Below are positions 48,609-60,594 of a DNA stretch of 64,000 bases, in pieces. Source of the stretch: Nemertoderma westbladi (taxonomy: Eukaryota; Animalia; Xenacoelomorpha); contig JAUCBJ010000343.1 of NCBI GenBank assembly GCA_032718475.1, forward strand, positions 1-64,000, written 5' to 3'. Every line of letters starts with the position of its first letter. Within the stretch, counting starts at the first letter, position 1. Position numbers and translations under genes: made by a program. The notes under the pieces were generated by a model. That model made no database searches, had not been told where the DNA came from, and was given only the letters and a program-made list of their open reading frames with translations.

Positions 48609-49826
48609 TGTAAAGGCTTTTGCGGATATAACTAGTCATTTTCCCCGCAAAGTACTCTGTAGGTGTTTTAGCGGACATAAAAAGCCGTTTTTCTTACTGT
48701 GTAGGTGTTTTAGTGGACATAAAAAGCCATTTTTCTGTATGTGTACTTTAGCGGACATAACAAGCCATTTTATGCCGCAATACGCCAAAATACTCTTAAT
48801 ACAGTGTGGCTTAGATGACGAAATCTATCAGCTGATTTTGATGTCGATGTGGAGCTTTCTTAACTCTCTTTGTTCAGCTCACTCGACCAATCAGAGCGAT
48901 TTTCATTTTATTTTGTACAGAAGCCTACGGGAAATCGCGCAATGCATGACGGTCTTTGTTTTACCTTTTTCCTGAGCCCAGAACATCGGCTTTGGAATTA
49001 TTCTTAGTTTCAGACTTTAGCCAAATATTCGACGGCTTTGATTATAGGAACGTATAACTGTTATCGCAGTGCCAGACTCATACCAAACTGGACACACAAA
49101 TGCAGCTCATATTATACTATACGTAACTTTCACCGCATTATTTTACTGCTATTTACTGTCGGTTATTAATTGTTAGAAGTTGATGGATATGTTGTTATAT
49201 TTGGAGAATATCGATAAATAATCATAAAACCCCAATCTTCTTGATATACTGAAGGTTAGAGAGACTGGTTACCTGTAGCAATTGCGACTTACATTATAGT
49301 GGTTTTGGAGTGAATTGAATGCTATTTCATAATCCCTACATGTGTCAGTTACTATTCTCCTTATATATGATCAAATTTAGTGAAGGTCGGCAGATCAGTG
49401 TGCAGCAGTGTGCGGTAGTGTGCATGAGTGTGACAGATAACAAAGCATTTCCTAAAGAATGCGCTTTATACGAAAATCATTAGCCATCCCGTTGTGTTTA
49501 GTGTAAGTCATAACTCTGTTTACATACTTAAAGTGCCACGTCCTAAAGGAACTGTTAATATTTCCCGAAAGTAAATAATATTTGTCAGAGATTATATATT
49601 AACGATCAATCGAATAGTACAGTAAGTCTACACCGCAATAAGGTCAGAGCCTCCGAATCCAGTCTCCCTTAACTGTGGGTGAATGGTCGCGCATAGGCTG
49701 GCTTCGGCTAATGTAACTTTATATCTTATATGCAACAAATACTTGTTATAGGCTAAAGTCGATTTATTAACTAGAAGACACCTAAAATTAGCGGGTTAAA
49801 CTGCTAAAGGTCTAAAAGCGCGAACA
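48609..49826 (+). repeat. 3' LTR (1218 bp) of the 18.3-kb element
   Basis: Direct repeat of 31482-32645, followed by TSD GCAAC. Confidence 0.95.
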
Positions 49827-50527
49827 GCAACAATCAGACAATTAGGCAAATTATAAATATTTCATTAACTATATAGACAGTACAAACAAAATAAAGAAAC
49901 AATAAACAAAACAAAGTATAGTGTACAAAAGGCACTAAACAATTAAAGATTACAAAACTCGATAAACAATTAGAGAATTAAAGAGTACAAAATACAATAA
50001 ACAATTGAATTGAATTAAAGTAAACAAACAGCAATACAACACTACAGTACCAGTACCAGAAAGACATTTTATTACATTTCTATGAACCCTAGTCATCATA
50101 TCCACCTAACCAAAGTTGCATAAGAGAGGTTTCTAAGAAAATATTATGAAACTAGTGTCATAAATAGGGAAACGATTGGCCCACGCTAATTTCAGCTATC
50201 CGCTCGCTGCATGACATGTTATTTAGTACACCTTGCTGAGGCCTAAGCGTTTTGCATGACATTTCTCTCGTATCTCATCTGGACCAATCAGGAAACAGTA
50301 TTCGACTACGCGTATGCATACGCGTATGTCAAAGCGCTCAATGTAATGTATAGATTCGTGGTTACGTCAGAACATACGTGGATACGTACGGCGTACTGTA
50401 TGTTGAAAAGTAAAACCCTTACATCAGTACCGGTATACTGCAGCACTGGCTGACTCGTGCTGTCGTGGTACGCCTACCGCAGTACCGGTACAGCAGTAAC
50501 AGCATACAGTGCAGCAGCGATACAGAA

Positions 50528-50644
50528 ATGTCTACAAGAGCTTTCCGAAGATTTGTTGCTGATAATACTAGGGGGGAAACACAATTAAAGGAATCCAATG
50601 AAAACAACGATTTGAATGTTCTAGACATCGAAGAAGAAATACTT
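50528..50644 (+). CDS. TCF25: TCF25/Rqc1-like gene, coding exon 1
   Basis: MSTRAFRRF... resembles the MSxRALRRL N-terminus of TCF25; acidic stretch; GTAAGT donor at 50645, phase 0. Confidence 0.6.
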
Positions 50645-50774
50645 GTAAGTCTGTCGGTTCGGTACCGGACCGGAACTGGGAACCGGTAGGCCTTAACCTG
50701 TTAGCGTCATAAACACAGGACAGCAGGAACACAGCAATTCCAAAATCTGAAAAATAGTACCGGTAGCCCGAGGC

Positions 50775-52194
50775 GGGTGTTTGAAAAAGGTGGACTGGAT
50801 AGGTACAGAAAACATGGACAATGCAGCAATGGACATAGCAATCAGAAATGTATTAAGCATACAGCCTACCGGTAGCAGTTTGTTGCGATTGGTCTGTCCA
50901 CCTTTTCGCTTTCTTAATTACATTCTACCTGCATGCATACCGGTACCGGTCAGCCGGTACAGTAATTGGGAATAAGATGTGTGTTTGAAAAATGTGGACT
51001 GGAACTGGACACAGATAGATAATTGTCTCACCAATCAGAAACGTATCAAGCAATTACAGAATTAGGCCTATAGGCCTAAATGCTGTTTTGTAGTGATTGG
51101 ACTGTCCACCTTTTTCAGGTTTCACTGAAAGTTATCACAGGGACAGGATTATCTGATTATGGGGCGCGGTAAATAAGAACATTAGGCCTATTCACCTAGG
51201 TAGATGGGGATTATTGCTCCTCATCTTCAATTATTTATCTATAATCGGCATGCTGGAAGCAGCTGCATTAAGAATGCTATCTCGGGCTGTCGACTAAAAT
51301 TGCGCCGCCACAACACAACTCCCATCACCCATGACTTTCGGGAGATTATCCGCAACTTCAAGGCCATAGTGTCTTTTGGGAGGCGCCTCAAGAAAGCCAT
51401 GGTCTTCAATTACGGTAGTCAGACTGCTGTACTGTAATAAATAATATTCTGGAATATTTTGTTTATATAATAAGTAGCTACGGAATAGAATGACATCAAA
51501 CTATTAATACTCGTAAACAAATAACTAAAATAGTAATATCTAAAAATATTGTGTACAGTACAGTACTGTATGTATGAAATAGAATAAGTGGCCTGCAGAT
51601 TGCATGCGCAAGCTAAATACCTGCAATTTTTTGAACGCCGATATCTCAGATATTTTTCAACGAAACTAATAGTTATTTACATATTTAGAATCGTTGCAAC
51701 GACAGCTTTCCATTGCTACTGTACGAGCCACTATAAGGACGAAGAATAACTGCGATGCGACTGCGGTGTAATATCGACAAAATTATTGATTCAACAATTT
51801 CTTTTAATACAGTAATTATAATAATAAGCATAATTTTAACAATAAAACTACATAGAGGGCCTATTGTAGAATAAATAAAATACCGGTACAGTACTATATT
51901 TACCTTATCGCGAATCGATCTCACTTATTTGCCTCCCTCGCTGCGCTCGGTCTTTTATTAACAGATCTCTGGACGAACGAAGTTATATTATATTTACTAT
52001 TATTATTTACTATTATATTTACTATTTATATTTATTTACGTTATATTATATTTCCCGCACAATAGATATTAATTATAGTTATAATCTGTCTCTGTTAGAA
52101 TATTAACGTTCAAATGTTGATGCTAAAGGCCTGTGATTTGTCTGTCCATTGTCCATATTTTCTGTGTCCAGTCCACCTTTTTCAAACTCATCCC
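50775..52194. mobile_element. Non-autonomous TIR element in intron 1
   Basis: Inverted ends GGGTGTTTGAAAAAGGTGGACTGGA...AGAAAACATGGACAATG and CATTGTCCATATTTTCT...TCCAGTCCACCTTTTTCAAAC; related copies at about 50980-51115. Confidence 0.55.
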
Positions 52195-52445
52195 TTCTAT
52201 TAAAGCTTATTACAGTATTATAGTTGTTGTCAAATTGTGTCGCCTAGGAATTCGAATAGCAAGTAGGCCTAGGCCTACTGAAAACTGTAGTACCTTTTCT
52301 CAAGAGCTTTAGTTTGGCGCTTTTCATGTGTAACTTAAATTTTCACAGTTTTTATCTTTTGTTCCTGTTACAGTGTTAGTCAATTTCAAGTTCCTAATAC
52401 CTGAGTACAGCAGATAAAAAACCTCTGCCTTTGATTTCTTTATAG

Positions 52446-52638
52446 AACGTGCAATCCCGACCCAATCTGTTCAACTTGCTCAATGATGAGACGCTACTTG
52501 TGGACATTGAGAATCTATCCTCTTCGGATGGCGATGGATTACCAACAGCCGATGTTTCCGTTGTTAGGAGTAAATCAAATAAAGCGAAACATTCTGGTCG
52601 TAACAGACGTAAGAAGAAGAAACAAGATAGTGTTAGGG
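52446..52638 (+). CDS. TCF25: TCF25/Rqc1-like gene, coding exon 2
   Basis: TTTCTTTATAG acceptor at 52445, in frame with exon 1; NLFNLLNDE (compare TCF25 NxFxLLN) and an RRKKKK basic tract; probable donor G|GTGAGT at 52639. Confidence 0.6.
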
Positions 52639-55600
52639 GTGAGTCCGTCATTGTTAGGGCCCCTATGGGTCAGTGTTATTGTGTTAAGGGGTTAGTCCGT
52701 GAGTGTTAGGGGTCAGTCCGGCAGTGTTATTGTGTTAGGGGTGAGTCCGTGAGTGTTACAGGTGAGTCCGTGAGTGTTAAAGGTGAGTCCGTGAGTGTTA
52801 CAGGTGAGTCCTGGAGTGTTACGGGTGAGTCCGTGAGTGTTACAGGTGAGTCCATGAATGTTATTGTGTTGCAACTGAGTCCGTGAGTGTTACAGGTGAG
52901 TCCATGAGTGTTACAGGTGGTCCGTGGGTGTTACAGGTGAGTCCGTGAGTGTTACAGGTGAGTCCGTGAGTGTTACGGGTGAGTCCGTGAGTGTTATTGT
53001 GTTGCAAGTGAGTCCGTGAGTGTTACAGGTGAGTCCATGAGTGTTACAGGTGGTCCGTGGGTGTTACAGGTGAGTCCGTGAGTGTTACAGGTGAGTCCGT
53101 GAGTGTTACGGGTGAGTCCGTGAGTGTTACAGGTGAGTCCATGAGTGTTATTGTGTTGCAAGTGAGTCCCTGAGTGTTACAGGTGAGTCCGTGAGTGTTA
53201 CAGGTGGTCCGTGGGTGTTACAGGTGAGTCCGTGGGTGTTACAGGTGATCCGTGGGTGTTACAGGTGGTCCGTGGGTGTTACAGGTGGTCCGTGGGTGTT
53301 ACAGGTGAGTCCGTGAGTGTTACAGGTGAGTCCGTGAGTGTTACAGGTGAGTCCGTGCGTGTTACAGGTGAGTCCGTGAGTGTTACAGGTGAGTCCGTGA
53401 GTGTTAAAGGTGAGTCCGTGAGTGTTACATGTGAGTCCGTGAGTGTTACAGGTGGTCCGTGGGTGTTACAGGTGAGTCTGTGAGTGTTACAGGTGAGACC
53501 ATGAGTGTTACATGTGAGTCCGTGAGTGTTACAGGTGGTGCGTGGGTGTTACAGGTGAGTCCGTGAGTGTTACAGGTAAGTCTGTGAGTGTTACAGGTGG
53601 TCCGTGGGTGTTACAGGTGAGTCCGTGGGTGTTACAGGTGAGTCTGTGAGTGACACAGGTGGTCCGTGGGTGTTACAGGTGAGTCTGTGAGTGTTACAGG
53701 TGGTCCGTGGGTGTTACAGGTGAGTCCGTGAGTGTTACAGGTGGTCCGTGAGTGTTACAGGTGAGTCCGTGAGTGTTACATGGAGTCAGAGAGTATTACA
53801 GGTGGTCCGTGGGTGTTACAGGTGAGTCCGTGAATGTTACAGGTGAGTCCGTGAGTGTTACATGGAGTCCATGAGTATTACAGGTGGTCCGTGGGTGTTA
53901 CAGGTGAGTCCGTGAATGTTACAGGTGAGTCCGTGAGTGTTACAGGTGAGTCTGTGAGTGTTACATGGAGTCCATGAGTATTACAGGTGGTCCGTGGGTG
54001 TTACAGGTGAGTCCGTGAGTGTTACAGGTGAGTCCGTGCGTGTTACAGGTGAGTCTGTGAGTGTTACAGGTGGGTCCGTGAGTGTTACAGGTGGTCCGTG
54101 GGTGTTACAGGTGAGTCCGTGAATGTTACAGGTGAGTCCGTGAGTGTTACATGGAGTCCATGAGTATTACAGGTGGTCCGTGGGTGTTACAGGTGAGTCT
54201 GTGAGTGTTACAGGTGAGTACGTGGGTGTTACAGGTGAGTCCGTGAATGTTACAGGTGAGTCCGTGAGTGTTACAGGTGAGTCTGTGAGTGTTACAGATG
54301 AGTCCGTGAGTGTTACAGGTGAGTCCGTGAGTGTTACGGGTGAGTCCGTGAGTGTTATTGTGTTGCAAGTGAGTCCGTGAGTGTTACAGGTGAGTCCATG
54401 AGTGTTACAGGTGGTCCGTGGGTGTTACAGGTGAGTCCGTGAGTGTTACAGGTGAGTCCGTGAGTGTTACGGGTGAGTCCGTGAGTGTTACAGGTGAGTC
54501 CATGAGTGTTATTGTGTTGCAAGTGAGTCCCTGAGTGTTACAGGTGAGTCCGTGAGTGTTACGGGTGGTCCGTGGGTGTTACAGGTGAGTCCGTGGGTGT
54601 TACAGGTGATCCGTGGGTGTTACAGGTGGTCCGTGGGTGTTACAGGTGGTCCGTGGGTGTTACAGGTGAGTCCGTGAGTGTTACAGGTGAGTCCGTGAGT
54701 GTTACAGGTGAGTCCGTGCGTGTTACAGATGAGTCCGTGAGTGTTACAGGTGAGTCCGTGAGTGTTAAAGGTGAGTCCGTGAGTGTTACATGTGAGTCCG
54801 TGAGTGTTACAGGTGGTCCGTGGGTGTTACAGGTGAGTCTGTGAGTGTTACAGGTGAGACCATGAGTGTTACATGTGAGTCCGTGAGTGTTACAGGTGGT
54901 GCGTGGGTGTTACAGGTGAGTCCGTGAGTGTTACAGGTAAGTCTGTGAGTGTTACAGGTGGTCCGTGGGTGTTACAGGTGAGTCCGTGGATGTTACAGGT
55001 GAGTCTGTGAGTGACACAGGTGGTCCGTGGGTGTTACAGGTGAGTCTGTGAGTGTTACAGGTGGTCCGTGGGTGTTACAGGTGAGTCCGTGAGTGTTACA
55101 GGTGGTCCGTGAGTGTTACAGGTGAGTCCGTGAGTGTTACATGGAGTCAGAGAGTATTACAGGTGGTCCGTGGGTGTTACAGGTGAGTCCGTGAATGTTA
55201 CAGGTGAGTCCGTGAGTGTTACATGGAGTCCATGAGTATTACAGGTGGTCCGTGGGTGTTACAGGTGAGTCCGTGAATGTTACAGGTGAGTCCGTGAGTG
55301 TTACAGGTGAGTCTGTGAGTGTTACATGGAGTCCATGAGTATTACAGGTGGTCCGTGGGTGTTACAGGTGAGTCCGTGAGTGTTACAGGTGAGTCCGTGC
55401 GTGTTACAGGTGAGTCTGTGAGTGTTACAGGTGGGTCCGTGAGTGTTACAGGTGGTCCGTGGGTGTTACAGGTGAGTCCGTGAATGTTACAGGTGAGTCC
55501 GTGAGTGTTACATGGAGTCCATGAGTATTACAGGTGGTCCGTGGGTGTTACAGGTGAGTCCGTGAATGTTACAGGTGAGTCCGTGAGTGTTACAGGTGAG

Positions 55601-56052
55601 TCTGTGAGTGTTACATGGAGTCCATGAGTATTACAGGTGGTCCGTGGGTGTTACAGGTGAGTCCGTGAGTGTTACAGGTGAGTCCGTGCGTGTTACAGGT
55701 GAGTCTGTGAGTGTTACAGGTGAGTCCGTGAGTGTTACAGGTGGTCCGTGGGTGTTACAGGTGAGTCCGTGAGTGTTACAGGTGGTCCGTGAGTGTTACA
55801 GGTGAGTCTGTGAGTGTTACATGGAGTCCATCATGAGTATTACAGGTGGTCCGTGGGTGTTACAGGTGAGTCTGTGAGTGTTACAGGTGAGTACGTGGGT
55901 GTTACAGGTGAGTCCGTGAATGTTACAGGTGAGTCCGTGAGTGTTACAGGTGAGTCTGTGAGTGTTACAGATGAGTCCGTGAGTGTTACAGGTGGTCCGT
56001 GGGTGTTACAGGTGAGTTCGTGAGTGTTACAGGTGGTCCGTGAGTGTTACAG
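52630..56052. repeat. 21-bp satellite (GTGAGTCCGTGAGTGTTACAG)n with 20-bp variants and a 1361-bp higher-order duplication
   Basis: About 160 monomers; the same variant pattern recurs at 53211 and 54572. Confidence 0.95.
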
Positions 56053-56544
56053 CTACATCCGCCCAGTCCGGAGTGTTCGGGGAGTGAGGCCATGAGTGCT
56101 ATAATTTATTTCAAATGGTGATAAAACCATCCTTGCACAATTCTGTGAGATTTTGACATCATGTATGGGGTCCTCCAGGCCAATCAAATTAATCCATTTA
56201 ATGGTTGCGACCGAAGAGTGACACGAAAGCACGAATTTAGAGAAATCCTACTCCATGGCGCATTAGTGGGAGTAGCAGTAGAGATATTCAAAACAACAAT
56301 ACAGTGACTATAGTCATCGTGGTATTTGACAAAAAGTGTAGTACAAAAAGTAGTAGTGTAGCTCCAACATAAACTTCTTGCGTCGCGATATAAGTCTATT
56401 GATATTGCTTCGCAATGGTTTTTACCATTCATTTAATACTCACAGCTCACATTCCACTTCTGATTGAGATATTGCATTGTCAGAATAAAGGTATTCATTA
56501 TTCGAGCAAGGTATGCCAGTCTAGCTATGGCTTGGCAACAACTT

Positions 56545-59500
56545 AAGTTTGTGTTGTTGTTTTGCGTTTCCGAACATTCGGGTGGTCTTTTCTGCCTTAT
56601 TCGACCACTCGGAGAACATTTTGGAAGTGATCTTCGTCATTGATTACATTTATTGCCCCTACACTATCCATTGCTGCCACATATGTTGGTCAGAAATTCT
56701 GTGTTGATTTGGTGTACACTAAAAGTGAAACATGAGTCAGGGGAAACCAAATCAACCAATGACGACATCACCGATATCTCAGGAAACTCCGACTTTCCAA
56801 ATCATGTGCCAAAATGAATGATTGAGTGGGACTTACGTTCCTCACGAGGCTTTGATGCGAGTATACTGTTTGCAAGATCCTGTTTCTCCTCATCTGACAT
56901 ATAGCTACTGAAGAGAGCAATATGTACCATATCGCAGTGAGATACCACAGGTACCGAAGAAATGCTTTGACATCACTGTTGGAAATAACTTGGATAACAA
57001 CCTGATATTGCACGAGCATTTGGATAATTTCTGGTAATTTGAAGGTGCATCCACAGCTGATGCAAATGTAATCCACCACCAGCTGCAACTGTAAGTAAAC
57101 AAATTTGTATGTCTCTCAAACAGACATATCTTAAGGGAATATACCTTTCCCATCCACCTGGCTTTGTGAATAGCACCTGGTCTGTGGAACATATATCCCC
57201 TTTGAGTTGTGCCCATCCACCTGGCGTTGTGAATAGCACCTGGTCTGTGGAACATATATCCCCTTTGAGTTGTGCCCATCCACCTGGCTTCGTGAATAGC
57301 ACCTGGTCTGTGGAACATATATCCCATTTGAGTTGTGCCCATCCACCTGGCTTTGTGAATAGCACCTGGTCTGTGGAACATATATCCCATTTGAGTTGTG
57401 CCCATCCACCTGGGTTTGTGAATAGCACCTGGTCTGTGGAACATATATCCCATTTGAGTTGTGCCCATCCACCTGGCTTTGTGAATAGCACCTGGTCTGT
57501 GGAACATATATCCCATTTGAGTTGTGCCCATCCACCTGGGTTTGTGAATAGCACCTGGTCTGTGGAACATATATCCCATTTGAGTTGTGCCCATCCACCT
57601 GGCTTTGTGAATAGCACCTGGTCTGTAGAACATATATCCCATTTGAGTTGTGCCCATCCACCTGGCTTTGTGAATAGCACCTGGTCTGTGGAACATATAT
57701 CCCATTTGAGTTGTGCCCATCCACCTGGCTTTGTGAATAGCACCTGGTCTGTGGAACATATATCCCATTTGAGTTGTGCCCATCCACCTGGCTTTGTTAA
57801 TAGCACCTGGTCTGTGGAACACATATCCCATTTGAGTTGTGCCCATCCACCTGGCTTTGTGAATAGCACCTGGTCTGTGGAACATATATCCCATTTGAGT
57901 TGTGCCCATCCACCTGGCTTTGTGAATAGCACCTGGTCTGTGGAACATATATCCCATTTGAGTTGTGCCCATCCACCTGGCTTTGTGAATAGCACCTGGT
58001 CTGTGGAACATATATCCCATTTGAGTTGTGCCCATCCACCTGGCTTTGTTAATAGCACCTGGTCTGTGGAACATATATCCCATTGAGTTGTGCCCATCCA
58101 CCTGGCTTTGTGAATAGCACCTGGTCTGTGGAACATATATCCCATTTGAGTTGTGCCCATCCACCTGGCTTTGTGAATAGCACCTGGTCTGTGGAACATA
58201 TATCCCATTTGAGTTGTGCCCATCCACCTGGCTTTGTGAATAGCACCTGGTCTGTGGAACATATATCCCATTTGAGTTGTGCCCATCCACCTGGGTTTGT
58301 GAATAGCACCTGGTCTGTGGAACATATATCCCATTTGAGTTGTGCCCATCCACCTGGCTTTGTGAATAGCACCTGGTCTGTGGAACATATATCCCATTTG
58401 AGTTGTGCCCATCCACCTGGCTTTGTGAATAGCACCTGGTCTGTGGAACATATATCCCATTTGAGTTGTGCCCATCCACCTGGCTTTGTGAATAGCACCT
58501 GGTCTGTGGAACATATATCCCATTTGAGTTGTGCCCATCCACCTGGCTTTGTGAATAGCACCTGGTCTGTGGAACATATATCCCATTTGAGTTGTGCCCA
58601 TCCACCTGGCTTTGTGAATAGCACCTGGTCTGTGGAACATATATCCCATTTGAGTTGTGCCCATCCACCTGGCTTTGTGAATAGCACCTGGTCTGTGGAA
58701 CATATATCCCATTTGAGTTGTGCCCATCCACCTGGCTTTGTTAATAGCACCTGGTCTGTGGAACACATATCCCATTTGAGTTGTGCCCATCCACCTGGCT
58801 TTGTGAATAGCACCTGGTCTGTGGAACATATATCCCATTTGAGTTGTGCCCATCCACCTGGCTTTGTGAATAGCACCTGGTCTGTGGAACATATATCCCA
58901 TTTGAGTTGTGCCCATCCACCTGGCTTTGTGAATAGCACCTGGTCTGTGGAACATATATCCCATTTGAGTTGTGCCCATCCACCTGGCTTTGTTAATAGC
59001 ACCTGGTCTGTGGAACATATATCCCATTGAGTTGTGCCCATCCACCTGGCTTTGTGAATAGCACCTGGTCTGTGGAACATATATCCCATTTGAGTTGTGC
59101 CCATCCACCTGGCTTTGTGAATAGCACCTGGTCTGTGGAACATATATCCCATTTGAGTTGTGCCCATCCACCTGGCTTTGTTAATTGCACCTGGTCTGTG
59201 GAACATATATCCCATTTGAGTTGTGCCATTGAGATAGAGAATACAAAGATCTATGAACTCCCGGTATTCGTCACGGCATAAATCCAGTTGTTAATGACAA
59301 AGCTCCAGAGCAGACACTTTGCAACTGCTGAGAATCGGTCAGCGAATCCTGATTATGGTCAGCTGGACTAGATGGAGATAGTTGTTGACCACCTTTCCTT
59401 GGAATAAGGTAAAAGCTCATGTTTGGACATTAATCTTGAGAATAGAGTAACATCTGGTGATTTTGATATCTCGATTTGAAGATCCTCAAATACATGCATC
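56545..59500 (-). pseudogene. hATm-like transposase pseudogene interrupted by tandem amplification of its own coding sequence
   Basis: Minus-strand pieces HVFEDLQIEISKSPDVTLFSR, LCRDEYREFIDLCILYLNG, FHRPGAIHKARWMGKVYSLKICLF, SAVDAPSN, KAFLRYLWYLT, EEKQDLANSIL and HFQNVLRVVE, recalled as typical of this transposase family; several frameshifts. Confidence 0.7.
57150..59227. repeat. 63-bp tandem repeat, about 33 copies
   Basis: CCATCCACCTGGCTTTGTGAATAGCACCTGGTCTGTGGAACATATATCCCATTTGAGTTGTGC; 62-bp variants at about 58083 and 59027, 944 bp apart. Confidence 0.97.
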
Positions 59501-59581
59501 GGTCTATTTAGAGATTGCTGAATAGCAACACCAACACATGCAGCAGGGGCGTAGACGCTGTGCAGACATAGGTTCCGACAG

Positions 59582-59955
59582 AGGTGCCGACATAGGTGCC
59601 GACACAGGTGCCGACACAGGTGCCGACACAGGTGCCGACACAGGTGCCGACACAGGTGCCGACACAGGTGCCGACACAGGTGCCGACACAGGTGCCGACA
59701 CAGGTGCCGACACAGGTGCCGACACAGGTGCCGACACAGGTGCCGACACAGGTGCCGACACAGGTGCCGACACAGGTGCCGACACAGGTGCCGACACAGG
59801 TGCCGACACAGGTGCCGACACAGGTGCCGACACAGGTGCCGACACAGGTGCCGACACAGGTGCCGACACAGGTGCCGACACAGGTGCCGACACAGGTGCC
59901 GACACAGGTGCCGACACAGGTGCCGACACAGGTGCCGACATAGGTGCCGACATAG
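59582..59955. repeat. 12-bp minisatellite (GGTGCCGACACA)n, about 31 copies
   Basis: A nearly perfect tandem array. Confidence 0.97.
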
Positions 59956-60594
59956 TGACCGACTTAGGCACTCAGGTTTCTCTCAATATGTTTATCTCAC
60001 TAAATGGCTTACTTGTTGTGACGTTATTCACTATTAACTCCAATAAGTATGTTTAAGAATATATATATAAAGATAAAGAACATGCTAAATGATTGCGATA
60101 AGCGATAAACAGACAAAATACAATGCGACCACCTCGATTATAGATTATATTAATAAGTAGAGCACTACTGATATTCTTTATATACAACTGATATTGATAT
60201 TCCTTATATACTACTAATAATTTAGACCGCAGGATGTACCGCAGGATGGCGCTAAACCATCTGGAATTCTCAAGAATACTGACTATGGACTCTGTGAAAA
60301 GTTTAATTTTTTAAATAGAATTTGGGTGGGGCCATTGAGTATCACAAGTATGACTGTCTGTCTTTTTTCCAAATATTTTCGAACACTAATAATTCGGTCA
60401 ATCCTCGATAAAATTAATCCAAACGTGAAACACAGTCTGTCAAAAATGTAGAAATTTTACAAAAGAATATCAGGATTCTCTCTATGGATTATAATCTAAA
60501 ATTCATACGATAATAATTTTTATTAATATTATAAGTAAATTGGGTGTCTCGTGGCCCCACATTTATCTAGTTTAAGATTACTCGGAATTTTTAT

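Larger units (their letters stand above)
31482..49826 (+). mobile_element. Large BEL/Pao LTR retrotransposon with an extra ORF3, 18,345 bp
   Basis: LTRs 31482-32645 and 48609-49826 (TGTAAAGG...GCGAACA); 5-bp TSD GCAAC (31477-31481, 49827-49831); PPT GGGAGCGG at 48601-48608; gag-PR-RT-RNaseH-IN order with Pao-specific motifs. Confidence 0.95.

Noticed and set aside
57150-59227. Regular repeat array resembling CRISPR
   Set aside because: The units are contiguous with no unique spacers, there are no cas genes, and the context is eukaryotic. The same applies to the 62-bp and 21-bp arrays.
56905-59281. Long ORFs (608, 732, 325, 388 and 315 aa) that look like repeat proteins
   Set aside because: They are by-products of a 63-bp stop-poor tandem repeat that is open in several frames. 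Only one frame has meaning, as a fragment of the transposase pseudogene.
59504-60056. APVS, GADT and VPTQ repeat ORFs
   Set aside because: The 12-bp minisatellite is open in several frames and there is no other coding evidence.
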